The position numbers and the translations under genes were made by a program. The notes under the pieces are model-generated. The model made no database searches and was not told the origin of the DNA. It saw only the letters and a list, made by a program, of their open reading frames with translations. From positions 480,001-544,000 of the forward strand of contig CAWETW010000003.1 of NCBI GenBank assembly GCA_963812155.1: DNA of 64,000 nt. Reading direction: 5' to 3'. This DNA is from Vulcanimicrobiota bacterium. Its GTDB lineage: Bacteria > Vulcanimicrobiota > Vulcanimicrobiia > Vulcanimicrobiales > Vulcanimicrobiaceae. Shown here piece by piece: positions 10,875 through 21,006 of the stretch. The first letter of the stretch is position 1. Every line of letters starts with the position of its first letter.

Positions 10875-13396
10875 ATGAATTTTTCTGGCTTCGCTGACGT
10901 TGCTCCCGTGCCGCAATCGGATGACCCAATAAGACTCTTTGACGAAGCCCCAAAGCCTCCGGGCATAAACGACCTGTACAAATCGCAAGCTGAGGTGCTC
11001 GACCTTTGGTACAGAAACCAACGGCGCGACACGGTCGTAAAGCTGCACACGGGAGGCGGAAAAACATTAGTCGGGCTGCTTATGGCCAAATCGATGCTCG
11101 TCAAGAGCCAGAAGCCCGTTCTTTACCTGTGCTCCGAATAACCAGCTAGTTGATCAGACACTAGCCAAAGCTTCACTTTACAGCATTCAGGCTGTCTCTT
11201 ACCCGGCTCGTAATTTCCCTGCGGCGTTTGAGAATGCGGAAGCGATTATGATCGCAAACTATGACACCCTGTTTAACGGTGAGAGTCGCTTTGGTACTTC
11301 GGATGGTAGGAAGCCTATCGTTGATCTCGGCGGCCTAATCGTAGACGATGCACATGTCGCATTTTCAGATCTAAGAGACGCTTTTACGTACACTGCCAAG
11401 GCTGACACAGAAAACGACTTGTTTCGTGAACTCGCGAGCATTTTTCGCGAAAACTTCAATGCAATAGGCAAGCTCGGCACCTTCGAAGACATTATGTCAC
11501 ACAATACTGCGACAGTGCTTGAGGTCCCATATTGGGCTTGGAAATCGAAAGAGAACCGGGTCCGCGATCTCATAAGTTCACAAAAGGCAAAAGACAACTC
11601 CGGAAAACTTATTGATGCTGAACTTTTTTTTAAGTGGCCATTCCTACGAGATCAGCTTTCGGCTTCTCACGCGCTTGTATCTCAGCGTGGGTTCACTATC
11701 ACTCCCATATTACCGTTGGTTGACGAAGTGCCGAGCTACTCCGAGTGTCCGCGCCGCGTATTTATGTCGGCCACGGTTAATGATGACTCAACGTTAATTA
11801 AAACGTCGAAATTGGAACCGGACTACTTAACAGCAGCAGCACCCGGGCGCGACCGGCATCGCAGAACGCTTTATTGTGGCGCCTGCATTTACTCCGAACT
11901 TTGAACTTAGCTATGAGGCGGCGACGAAAGCTGTCGCTGACTACGTTGCAAAAGTTCGTGATCGCGGGGTAGTTGTGCTCGCGCCTTCAAGTGACAAGGC
12001 CAAGACATGGGAGCCGCTCGCGGACATTGTAAGTGGCAACGAAAAGGTGATTGCCACGATCAGAGACCTCAACAATGGAGTAACTCGCGGGCCAGTTGTG
12101 TTCCTTAACCGTTACGATGGTCTCGACTTGCCCGAGAACGCCTGTCGCCTTGTAATCCTTTGGGAGCTTCCCGTTGGAACGAGCGATTATGAGCAATACC
12201 GTGCAGCGATGTTGCATGGCGGAGAGGAGATTGCGGCTTCCACAGCTCGTACGATAGAGCAAGGAATGGGTCGCGGAGCACGTGGTGCAAGCGATTATTG
12301 CGTGGTGGTATTTGCGGGTCGTTCCCTAGAAAGCTCGATTGGGAAAAAGTCTAACCTTCGTCACTTATCTATTGCCACGCGAAATTCAGATCGAGATCGG
12401 AAGAGGCGTCGCCTCGGATATTAGATCATTTGATAGCTTGAAATCGGCTATTGACTCTGTCTTGGATAGGGACAAGCGATGGGGTTACGGGGCACGCGTC
12501 GAGGTTATCGGTGGAGCTTGAACGGGCGTCGCAAGAAGCTAACGATACGACCCAGGCGCTCGAGGAGCGCGTAGCTTTTAGTCGACTTAGCAGAAGACAT
12601 TTTCGTGAAGGTCAACGCGCCTACGAAGAGCTTGCGTCAAAAACTGGAGATCCACGACTGACAGCGTGGTATCTTCAAATCGCAGCTCGCTGCGCGCTCT
12701 GCGATGGCGATGACGTAACAGCAGAAAAGTTACAAGAGCGATGCGAATGCATCTAATGATCGCTTCCCGCGCCCTCTAAAAAACCGGCGCTACATGCCTT
12801 TAACTGCGCCGACAGATCAGAGCAGAGCCGTATGGTCAATTCTTGAGGAGCACGATCCGCCATTGAGTGTCCTGGCTAGTTTCGATGAGGATTTGGCAAA
12901 TCTGAACTCCCAGGCCTCGTCAAATCAGTTTGAACAGGCATTGGCTCATTCAGGTAGATACTTGGGCTTCGCGGCGCAGCGCCCTGAAAAGACGGATAGG
13001 ATTGGGCCGGATGTTTTGTGGCTTGCCCAAGGCCGTGGATTTGTGTTGGAAGCCAAGAGCCGGAAGTTTGAGAAAAACAAAGTGGCCAAAGATGATGTAA
13101 AGCAGCTACTCACTGCTGGGACGTGGTTTGAGACCAAATATCCTGGGGTGCCGTACACGCATGCAATCGTAGCTCCAAATCCTACGGCGGAAACCAATTT
13201 TGAGCCGGGTTCATGCCAAGTACTTAGTATGTCAAAGCTGATAGAGATGGTCGCCGCTCTGCGAGCGCTCTATGAAGAGGTCGCAAAACGAAGCGAAGCG
13301 ACTTCCAGTCTTTCCCCAGCAGATCGCCGCTGCACTTCAGTTCAGCAGCTTTTTGCCCAAATCGTCTTACCGGATATTTTGTTCCGCTTTCAGTAA
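10875..13396 (+). CDS. Hna-like SF2 (DinG-type) helicase with C-terminal PD-(D/E)xK nuclease; putative anti-phage protein (about 6 frameshifts, possibly a pseudogene)
   Basis: LHTGGGKT (motif I), VDDAH (II), MSAT (III), RYDGLDLP (V), EQGMGRGARG (VI), then GPDVLW...VLEAKS. The DNA is visibly AT-richer than the flanks. Confidence 0.75.
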
Positions 13397-13653
13397 CGCG
13401 GTCTTAGCAACGGTTAAGAAAGCATCGGAGACCAATGGCTTGCAGAAGTCAGGTCTCGAAATAGGTACTCGACGTATAAGCAGCGCGAGCCTGTCATTAG
13501 GAATCATATCAACCCAACGCTTGGCGGCATTCCCCCCGCTAATCTGAGCCCGTACCATGTAGTTACCTTGGTGGATAGACTCGGAGAAATGGGACAGGCA
13601 ATCGTACCGTTCAAACCGCCTTTATTGTACTTCAGGCCGCATTTCAGTCCGGC

Positions 13654-14281
13654 TTGATTCCAACGAATCCCTGCCACGGTTGTTCCAAGTCCCGAACTGA
13701 GCGGAGGCCACCAATCATTTTGGACGACCGACGAAGCGCTCAGATTCTTGGACGCTGCGCTCGACACGATATTATGCATTGTTCCCTTTTGGCGATTACA
13801 ACTGGAATGCGCCAAGGTGAGATATTCAAGAATTCAATGGGAACACGTGAATCTTAAAAACAAATTCTTAAGCTTCGTCTTTAGTTTGGCGGAAAGGCCG
13901 AATGGTTTGACGCTATCCGAACCTAAGACTAGATCTAGCGTAAGGAGAGTCGAACTAACCGACGACGTACTTGCGGCAATGGACCGACTAAAAGCGAGGC
14001 GAGCTCACGGCTCCGTTTTCATGACCGATGACGGAAAGCCAATTCGAAAAAGCAAGTTCATCCGTCGAGTCTTCAGGCCAATAGTCAAGCAGGCGAACGT
14101 CGGAGACATTACTTTTCATGCTTTGAGGCACATCGCGAACCGCTTTCTATTGGCAGGTGGCATTAGTCCTAATGCAGTCGCGGGACGCATGGGGCCGACG
14201 ACGAGGATAACGCTAGATACCTACGGGACGTTATGGCCGGTGCGCAACGTGCGGCAGCTGAAAAGTTCAGGACTGGCTTAG
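13654..14281 (+). pseudogene. 5'-truncated, degenerate tyrosine integrase
   Basis: NPC, LAITTGMRQGEIF, EPKT, FHALRH, TLDTY spread over two frames; N-terminal arm-binding domain missing; GH motif altered (RMGP). Confidence 0.8.
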
Positions 14282-14292
14282 CACTTCTGGTT

Positions 14293-14313
14293 TGGTGGTC
14301 AAATGGTGGTCAA
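14293..14313 (+). repeat. Tandem TGGTGGTCAA x2 (11-bp period); candidate integrase arm-type sites of the older element
   Basis: Perfect 10-bp direct repeat at 14293 and 14304, between the integrase remnant and the att copy. Confidence 0.55.
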
Positions 14314-14386
14314 GGAAGTAGCCATCGCCACGGATCTTCCAAATGCAAAAACACCAAGACTCTTTACAGAGTAAGGCGTTTTCGAT

Positions 14387-14431
14387 TGGTGGAGATGCGG
14401 GGACTCGAACCCCGGACCCCTTACATGCGAA
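14387..14431 (-). repeat. att site: 45-bp duplication of the tRNA-Ala 3' end
   Basis: TGGTGGAGATGCGGGGACTCGAACCCCGGACCCCTTACATGCGAA, identical to 19040-19084. Confidence 0.95.
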
Positions 14432-14558
14432 TGAAAACGCCGATCGCAGCGAAGGCTGCGTACGCACAAAAATGCCCATTTCCCCTTCGCTGCGCAGTGT
14501 TTTCGGGGTTGGAACTCGTCCGCTAATAAGCGCGCTTTCCCGAGCGTCCGCACGAAAC

Positions 14559-14576
14559 TGTCGTAAGGTTGTCGTA
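14559..14576 (+). repeat. Tandem TGTCGTA x2; candidate arm-type site, left end
   Basis: Copies at 14559 and 14570 (11-bp period); same motif recurs at 18952/18963. Confidence 0.6.
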
Positions 14577-14578
14577 GC

Positions 14579-15025
14579 CTACGGCCGAGCTCGGGTGGGG
14601 TCGGACGCGTTGCGGGGGCGCCCCCCTTTAGCACCGTTGATGCGTGCGGCTCTCGCCTTAGCCTCCGTCGTGGCGGCGCCGGCGTGGCGGGCAAGCTCGG
14701 ACATCCACTTTCTGCCGCCGTAGATGCCGTGAAGTAGCGATGCGATCGTGAAGTCCGCATCGAGATCGGGCCAACTCACAGCGGTGCCACGGCCGGAGAC
14801 ACAGGCATTTCGGAGCTGCGACGGCGAGGCGTCGTCCAGGCCCTGTAGGAGCTGCCTTGGGATGGCGAGGGACGCTCCGTTGTTCATTTCCACGATAACG
14901 CGGTTGCGCGTTGGAAGGTAACGAACGGAAATTGCAAGTGGCTCCGTTGCGAGGCGCCGATCACGGCGTCGAAAGGCGGCATCGATCTCCGCGTTTGTAA
15001 GGTGGCGACGTTTTGTAGTCCTCAT
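14579..15025 (-). CDS. DUF2442-domain protein, putative antitoxin
   Basis: LQGLDDASPSQL, VSWPDLDADF, and a C-terminal AKARAARINGAKGGRPR tail; coupled to the upstream DUF4160 gene. Confidence 0.8.
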   Translation of the reverse strand: MRTTKRRHLTNAEIDAAFRRRDRRLATEPLAISVRYLPTRNRVIVEMNNGASLAIPRQLLQGLDDASPSQLRNACVSGRGTAVSWPDLDADFTIASLLHGIYGGRKWMSELARHAGAATTEAKARAARINGAKGGRPRNASDPTRARP

Positions 15026-15270
15026 CAGCAATATGTTTCCCAGAGTTCCTCGAGTTCTCTAATGTGTTCCGTTACGAGCTCCTCGGCTTCGCGAACCTGA
15101 GCCCGCGTCAGTTGCCGATCGGCCTCGCGAAGCGTTATTGTTCCGTCCGTGTTGAGCCGAAACACGGCTTCCGCCGCACCGGCAGTGCCGTGGCGGGCAT
15201 GGACGTGCCTTGGCTCATGGTCACCTGGAATTACGACAAGTCGCCAGCCCCGGGCGGGTAACGACGGCAT
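15025..15270 (-). CDS. DUF4160-domain protein, putative toxin
   Basis: GWRLVVIPGDHEPRHVHA motif; 81 aa; ends ELWETY. Confidence 0.8.
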   Translation of the reverse strand: MPSLPARGWRLVVIPGDHEPRHVHARHGTAGAAEAVFRLNTDGTITLREADRQLTRAQVREAEELVTEHIRELEELWETYC

Positions 15271-15275
15271 GCATT

Positions 15276-15304
15276 ACTATAACCGAACGGTTGGGTTCTG
15301 ACAA
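15276..15304 (-). promoter_or_regulatory. Sigma70-type promoter of the TA operon, probably leaderless, with a palindromic operator
   Basis: TTGTCA-17 bp-TATAGT, ending 5 nt before ATG 15270; AACCGAACGGTT palindrome at 15281-15292. Confidence 0.7.
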
Positions 15305-15425
15305 GGGCATTCTTAGCCCGTCGCCACGGTAACCAGCGACGCCGTGCTTTCACCGTAGACATTTTGCGTGAATAGACTCTTCCGTGAGGCGTTGGCGATA
15401 TCGTGGCCGACGGCGAGCCGCGTAG

Positions 15426-16547
15426 ATGGCAACTCGGGGCCGCGGCGAGGGTACGATCTACCGGCGCAAGGACGGCCTTTTTGAAGGCAAGCTGTCCCTT
15501 AAGGCAGCCGACGGACGTGCCGTTCGCAAATCGTTCTACGGCAAGACGCGCAGCGATGTTGCGGCACGCATGCGAGAGTACGGCAACAAGCATGGAAACC
15601 GCGTCGAGGCGCCGCGCGAAACCCTCGCTTCGTTTCTTGAAAAGTATCTCGAAGCGTCCGACGTCCGGCCGAACACCTTCAGACTGCGCGCGCATTTCAT
15701 TCGCAAACACATCATTCCTCACATCGGGACGCATCTGCTGGCGGAACTGACGCCTGGCAACATTCGTTTGCTGGTGCAGCGCTGGAAGGAAAATGACATC
15801 GGCGCCGCTACGCAGCGCAGCGCATTCGTCACCCTATCGAGCGCGCTCAATCTCGCGATGCGCGAGGAGCAGATTGTCAGAAATCCCTGCGCAACCGTGC
15901 AGACGCCAAAAGCCAGGCGGCCGGAAGTCCCCGTGCTCGACGGACGGCAGGCAATGCAACTATTGAGCGTAGCGCGCGACCTCCACGAGCGCGCGCTTCT
16001 CGCATTGGCCATTACAACGGGAATGCGGCAGGGCGAGATTTTCGCTCTTTGGTGGGAGGATATCGATCTCGAAGCCGGCCGGTTGTCCATAAAAAAGACG
16101 TTGACCGAGGACCTCAGCGGTCGGCTGGTTCGCACGGATCCGAAAACGACCAAGTCGCGCCGCAGCATTCATCTCCCCAAGCTTGCGTTTCACGCGCTAT
16201 CGGCGCTGCGAGCCGAAGCCAGCGAACGTACCGGATTTGTGTTCAAGACTCCTGACGGCGGACCGCTGCGCAAGAGCAATTTCATCCGGCGTGTTTTTAA
16301 GCCGCTCCTCAACCTTGCAGGCCTGCCGAACGTGACATTCCACAGTCTGCGCCACACCGCGAACTCGCTGCTCATAGAGGCCGGCGAAGATCCCGTGGCT
16401 ATCGCGGGGGCGCTCGGTCACGCCGACACGCGCATGATGTTCGAGCGCTACGGGCACCTCTTCGATCACACGGCTCGTCGCGTCGCCGACACTACCGATC
16501 GCATCTTCGATCGGCTCCAGTCTGACCGTCCCGGGCGGGATCCATAG
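15426..16547 (+). CDS. int: Tyrosine recombinase / integrase
   Basis: RGRGEGTIYRRKDG N-terminus; catalytic residues all present (TGMRQGE, PKT, FHSLRH, LGHA, RYGH). Confidence 0.93.
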   Translation: MATRGRGEGTIYRRKDGLFEGKLSLKAADGRAVRKSFYGKTRSDVAARMREYGNKHGNRVEAPRETLASFLEKYLEASDVRPNTFRLRAHFIRKHIIPHIGTHLLAELTPGNIRLLVQRWKENDIGAATQRSAFVTLSSALNLAMREEQIVRNPCATVQTPKARRPEVPVLDGRQAMQLLSVARDLHERALLALAITTGMRQGEIFALWWEDIDLEAGRLSIKKTLTEDLSGRLVRTDPKTTKSRRSIHLPKLAFHALSALRAEASERTGFVFKTPDGGPLRKSNFIRRVFKPLLNLAGLPNVTFHSLRHTANSLLIEAGEDPVAIAGALGHADTRMMFERYGHLFDHTARRVADTTDRIFDRLQSDRPGRDP

Positions 16548-16770
16548 TCGCGGTTTCGTTCCGTCTTGTTGAGACGTCGATCTCTCCAGTACATGCGGCT
16601 GAGGCGCTGTTCCCGTTCCGCCTCTCCGCATGTAGAGTTTGGAGTTAGCTGCTCGACGGAGATGGCGACGGGCGCAACGGCGGCCTTGCGTTTTGGAAGT
16701 ACGAACACGAGGGGCAAGTGTTTTCAAAATGCCATGCCGTACGGTGCCTAGCGCGTCGGCGGGCCCTCCT

Positions 16771-17751
16771 TCAGGACACCGCGCTCGAGGATGCCGGCAA
16801 TAAGTCCGCGCCGGAGACTTTAACGATGGCCTTCCACGCGGCTTCCTGGTTGGTGCGATCGTGCAGATGCTGGTGGCGCATCGCCTCAATTGGCCCGGTG
16901 AGCTTCTTGGGTGCCGAGGCGAAGAATTGCCCGGAGACGTCGGTTCCGAACTCTGATGCCTGCAGGTAGCGATAAGCTGCGATCTCCGGCGTTTGAGACA
17001 TGCCGGGAATCAGCTTTGTCAACGGAATCATCAGCGACTTCATGACCGGGCCGAGGTTTCGCACCGCCTTCGTATCGGGTGCGCTGCCCGGCGAGACGGC
17101 GTACACCGCCATGCCCGCGGGTAGCCGGCGCGCCAGCGCCGCGGCCCACCAAGCGACGATGAGTTTTGCGTCGGCATACGCCCGGTTGGGCTCGTACTTC
17201 ACGCTCGGCCCGTTCCGCACTAGGGCTTCCACCGCGGCGCTGCGGTCGCCGTGGAACTGCTTGGCCGCAAGATTCGCCACGTCCGTATAGCTGAACATAG
17301 GCACGTCCCCCCGAGCAGGTTCCGCGCCAGCGATGACGATGCGCGCGTTGGGACTCAGCAAGTTAGCGCGAAGCAGACCGATGGTCAGTCGATGATGACC
17401 GATGAGTGGGGCCTGAGCGGCCTCGATGCCTTCCGCGGTGAGCACGCGCTTCTTGCCGCCGACCATTCCGGCGTTCAGCAGTAGAAAATCGATCGGCAGA
17501 CCCCGCTCAACGAGTTCAGCGAAGGCCGATTGAACGCTGAGCGGCGAGTCCAGATCCAGCTCTAGCGGTGTAAAAACCTGAGCCTTGGTCTCAGCCGTGA
17601 GCTCCGCGGCCGTTTCCTGTACCCGGGCCAGACTGCGGCCGGTGATGATGACCTCGCGGTAGCCCTTAGCGGCAAGAAGGTGCGCTGCTGCATGCCCTAG
17701 CCCCGAGGTGGTGCCGGTGACCAGAGCGATCAAATGTGTCAAACGTTTCAT
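16771..17751 (-). CDS. SDR-family oxidoreductase
   Basis: VTGTTSGLG, LNAG, YADAK, VSPG. Confidence 0.88.
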   Translation of the reverse strand: MKRLTHLIALVTGTTSGLGHAAAHLLAAKGYREVIITGRSLARVQETAAELTAETKAQVFTPLELDLDSPLSVQSAFAELVERGLPIDFLLLNAGMVGGKKRVLTAEGIEAAQAPLIGHHRLTIGLLRANLLSPNARIVIAGAEPARGDVPMFSYTDVANLAAKQFHGDRSAAVEALVRNGPSVKYEPNRAYADAKLIVAWWAAALARRLPAGMAVYAVSPGSAPDTKAVRNLGPVMKSLMIPLTKLIPGMSQTPEIAAYRYLQASEFGTDVSGQFFASAPKKLTGPIEAMRHQHLHDRTNQEAAWKAIVKVSGADLLPASSSAVS

Positions 17752-17820
17752 GGGTTGACTCCGTGGTGAAGAGGGAGGTCGAACCGGGGGTGCCCCGCAT
17801 CGCAGGGTCCGGCTTGCCAA

Positions 17821-17892
17821 TTTCGAACCTTTCCGTACAATAATGGATTGGATGGTAAAAGCGCAAGGAGTTTCGAACCAAATGATTCAAAA
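17821..17892. promoter_or_regulatory. Candidate TetR operators
   Basis: TTTCGAACC at 17821 and 17871; the second forms the imperfect palindrome TTTCGAACCAAATGATTCAAAA over the likely TetR ATG (17882). Confidence 0.5.
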
Positions 17893-18487
17893 TACCGCCA
17901 GGCCGCGTGGACGACCGCGCAACTTCGATGAGAGCGCCGCGCTGCAAAAAGCGATCCAGATCTTTTGGTCTAAGGGCTACGACGGCGTGACGATCGACGA
18001 TCTCGTCGCAGGTATGGGAGTCGGGCGGCCGAGCCTGTATTCCGTTTTTGAGTCCAAGCGGAAGATATTCTTGCGCGTCCTCCATGCGTACGCCGAGAGA
18101 AAGGGCGCTCTGACCGCGAAGGCGCTCCTCGAGCCGGCCACTCTGCGCGACTCGATCGCAAACTTTCTCAGGTACGCCGTCACAAGTGCGACAGAGAGAG
18201 GAAGCGCCTCAGGCTGCCTTATCATGTGTGTCGCGCCGCTTGTCAACGACGCCGAAGTTCGGCAGTTCCTACGGAACGCTGCCGCTGCCGCCGTGGCCCT
18301 AGTAGAACGCCGTTTCCAATCCGGGATTAGCGCGGGCGAAATCCCATCTGACTTTCCGGTCGCCGCGCGCGCGAGCCAACTTCTCGACCTATCCCGAGGT
18401 TTAACGATGCGTGCACAGATGGGCGTGTCCCGTAAGGCGCTTCTCAAGGACGCCGAGGAGGCAGCCGACTTGGTACTCCGCCCATGA
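17882..18487 (+). CDS. TetR/AcrR-family regulator
   Basis: RGRPRNFD, FWSKGYDGVTIDDL, PSLYSVF, GCLI; divergent from the SDR. Confidence 0.9.
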   Translation: MIQNTARPRGRPRNFDESAALQKAIQIFWSKGYDGVTIDDLVAGMGVGRPSLYSVFESKRKIFLRVLHAYAERKGALTAKALLEPATLRDSIANFLRYAVTSATERGSASGCLIMCVAPLVNDAEVRQFLRNAAAAAVALVERRFQSGISAGEIPSDFPVAARASQLLDLSRGLTMRAQMGVSRKALLKDAEEAADLVLRP

Positions 18488-18951
18488 CGCGGAATTGCGA
18501 GGCAACACTTTGTACTGGATCATGAAGGTTAGAAAGCGCATCCAACAGTGCTTTGTTGGGCAGCGTCGCTGGCCGGCGACGACGTAGATGGACGATCGGA
18601 ACGCTCTTTCATCAGTTCCTTTCGTCGAAGTTTAATGGAAAGGCCGGCGGCGAAAGCTGTCGGCTTTTTTGGGAAAGCAGCTGTTGCTGCGATGGCTGTC
18701 GCAAATCACTCGGCAAAACCAAGCAGTTCGGCGTACTGACGATGAAACGGTTCGCATAGCACGTGCCGCGCGAATCGATTCCGACAGGCGCCACTTTCCG
18801 ACGGCAATGCTTCACGGCCCAATCGGTTGCGAATCATGAGCCCGTTAGGGTCAGGCGATAAGCTTAATAAAGCACGCACCCTCAAAAATAAGACACGCAG
18901 TTTGCGACTTGACAACATCCTAAACAAATAATTCACGCAGAGCCACTGAGC

Positions 18952-18969
18952 GTCGTAAGACTGTCGTAA
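18952..18969 (+). repeat. Tandem GTCGTAA x2; candidate arm-type site, right end
   Basis: Copies at 18952 and 18963 (11-bp period), 70 bp from the tRNA 3' end. Confidence 0.6.
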
Positions 18970-19039
18970 CGCCAACGGTCCGACTTGAGCGCCGGAAATG
19001 CGAAAACCCGCACAGCCAATAACGACGCGGGTTTTCCGA

Positions 19040-19115
19040 TGGTGGAGATGCGGGGACTCGAACCCCGGACCCCTTACATGCGAAGCAAGTGCTCTACCAG
19101 CTGAGCTACATCCCC
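19040..19115 (-). tRNA. tRNA-Ala (anticodon CGC)
   Basis: GGGGATGTAGCTCAGCTGGTAGAGCACTTGCTTCGCATGTAAGGGGTCCGGGGTTCGAGTCCCCGCATCTCCACCA; 76 nt cloverleaf ending in CCA. Confidence 0.97.
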
Positions 19116-19162
19116 ACGGGCCGCCGGAGGATTATACGCGGGTAGGTCGGCACCTTCAACCT

Positions 19163-19870
19163 ATGATGGTCGGAAAGGCGGGCGCCGCATTCGGCGCGGC
19201 GGTGGTTATGGTCGTGGCGATGGGGCCGGCGGGAGCGCCGGCCGCCGAGCGTTCCGGGGCCGTTTCGGGGCGTACGGTCGCGGCCGCCAGCCGCTGTACG
19301 TCGCGCTATATCAGCGATTACCAGACGCAGATCCGCGGCTATGACGCCCACCCGCCGCGCGACAATCCCGGCGCCCTCAACGATCGCCTCGGCGCCATCG
19401 CGGACATCCTCCAAAGCCTCAACGAGGAGCACGGCGTCCTCGACAACGTCTGCCCGTCCGACGCCGACAAAATGCCGCTCTACGCCGAACTCAACGCAAC
19501 CGTCGCCTGGGCGCTCGCGCTGCAGTCGGATATCGCCGCCAAGCTCAACGCCTCGTGTCCGCCGGCCGCCAAGGCCCTCCCGGCGGCGATGCTCGCGCAA
19601 GCCTGGCTCGCGATCGCCGCGACCGTGAACGACAACGGCGGAACGGTCCCTAAAGCGCTCACCGAGGTCATTCCTAAGGTGCAGACGCGTGCGGCCGCCG
19701 TCGGCCTCACGCTGCCCGCCTACACCGAAACGTCAGCCTATTGGCGCGACCAAGTCGCCGATCAGGCGCGCCAGGCCGTCGAGATTTGTCCGACGCCGGT
19801 GCCGCCCCCCGCGACACCGACGCCGTCACCCTATCCCTCGCCGCCGCCGTTCGATCGAAGTCGCGCCTAG
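19163..19870 (+). CDS. Secreted helical hypothetical protein with Pro-rich tail
   Basis: Signal-like N-terminus, four Cys, PTPVPPPATPTPSP tail, typical GC3 codon bias. Confidence 0.7.
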   Translation: MMVGKAGAAFGAAVVMVVAMGPAGAPAAERSGAVSGRTVAAASRCTSRYISDYQTQIRGYDAHPPRDNPGALNDRLGAIADILQSLNEEHGVLDNVCPSDADKMPLYAELNATVAWALALQSDIAAKLNASCPPAAKALPAAMLAQAWLAIAATVNDNGGTVPKALTEVIPKVQTRAAAVGLTLPAYTETSAYWRDQVADQARQAVEICPTPVPPPATPTPSPYPSPPPFDRSRA

Positions 19871-20946
19871 AGGGCTGCGACCCTATCGCACGTCGGCGTG
19901 CCGCCGGTCTTGGTGCTCATGCTGAACTCGATCGACGGATACTGTAACTTCGGCGGCTTGGTGGGCGCATGCACGAAGAACAGATTGTTCGATTCTCCGG
20001 TCGTTCCGGAGTTCGCCGGGCACGCCGGTTTCGTCAGCACGCCGTCGTCGGCTTGAATGCTGATGCTAACCTTCGCTCCCGCGTTGAAGTCCGCTTCGCT
20101 GCCGCCGGCATTACCGATGATATTGAATTCCGAACCCGTCCAGTTGGCGGACAGATCGGTGATTCCGTCGCTCTGGACGTTCTGCATGCCGTACTCCGTG
20201 GCGCCCACCGACATGAAGATGCTATCGCCGCTCGCCGCAGCCGTGCCGGTTTCGGTCACTTCACCCAGATCCGTGACGCTCACATTGGGAATGGAAACCG
20301 AGAACGGGCTGTTCTCCACGCATCCGAGCCCTCTGATGTATTCCCATCCCTTACCCGGCGGGCAGCCGTTGAAGCCGGGTCCCATCGCTACCAGCCAATC
20401 CTGGATGAACAGCGACGCTTGGCCCGTGCCGGGCGGATTTTCGAAGACGAACTGTTCCCAGCCCTTGCATTGCGGAATGCTGCCGCACGCAGTTGTCGTA
20501 AAGAAGTCCGAGTTCAGCTGCAGCGTGTAGCTGTTGAGACCATCTACGCCTCCGCCGACAGTCTTTACGCTCGTCACGCCTTTCAGTTTCGGAAATGCGC
20601 CGATCGACGTGGAAATGACATGCGGCGCCGTGTTCGCGGTAAAGTCGCGGCCGTCACCGACCTCGTTCCCGATCATGCGGCGGCGCGAAGGCGGAGCGGG
20701 GTACCACAAGTGCGGAGGAACGGAGCACGCGATGCGCGTCCATTGCGCCGACGGATACGTCGCCTTAAAACATCCCGCGCTCGGCAGTTTGTTTTGCGCG
20801 AGCAGACGATGCCACGAATCCATGGAGCCGGCCGTCTGACCGGGGAGCGCGGCGCTTCCGGCCGGCGGAAGCGACTGCGTAGAAGGAGAGCATGCCGATA
20901 GGATCGCGGTGAAAACCGCGACCGACGTTAACCGCGTAAGATACAC
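19867..20946 (-). CDS. Cys-rich lipoprotein, possibly thermopsin-like peptidase fold
   Basis: Lipobox LSAC; motifs YTLQLNS, GWEQFV, SEFNIIGNAGGS, TTGESNNL. Confidence 0.65.
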   Translation of the reverse strand: MYLTRLTSVAVFTAILSACSPSTQSLPPAGSAALPGQTAGSMDSWHRLLAQNKLPSAGCFKATYPSAQWTRIACSVPPHLWYPAPPSRRRMIGNEVGDGRDFTANTAPHVISTSIGAFPKLKGVTSVKTVGGGVDGLNSYTLQLNSDFFTTTACGSIPQCKGWEQFVFENPPGTGQASLFIQDWLVAMGPGFNGCPPGKGWEYIRGLGCVENSPFSVSIPNVSVTDLGEVTETGTAAASGDSIFMSVGATEYGMQNVQSDGITDLSANWTGSEFNIIGNAGGSEADFNAGAKVSISIQADDGVLTKPACPANSGTTGESNNLFFVHAPTKPPKLQYPSIEFSMSTKTGGTPTCDRVAAL

Positions 20947-21006
20947 TGCACTGACCTTTCAAAAATAAACGGCAGCAACGGGGCTGCAAACCTTCCGCTC
21001 GGCGCG

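Larger units (their letters stand above)
14387..19084. mobile_element. Small integrative element (~4.6 kb) at tRNA-Ala(CGC)
   Basis: Flanking 45-bp direct repeats; intact integrase; matching GTCGTA tandem repeats inside both ends; TA pair plus SDR/TetR cargo. Confidence 0.88.

Noticed and set aside
14387..14431. Second tRNA gene
   Set aside because: Only the 3' 45 nt are present, with no D-arm or 5' acceptor strand; it is an att copy.
18490..18950. Short ORFs in the AT-richer stretch
   Set aside because: No recognisable motifs or consistent frame; possibly a gene remnant.
18998..19162. ORF extension across the tRNA
   Set aside because: Antisense translation of tRNA-Ala; the real start is probably 19163.
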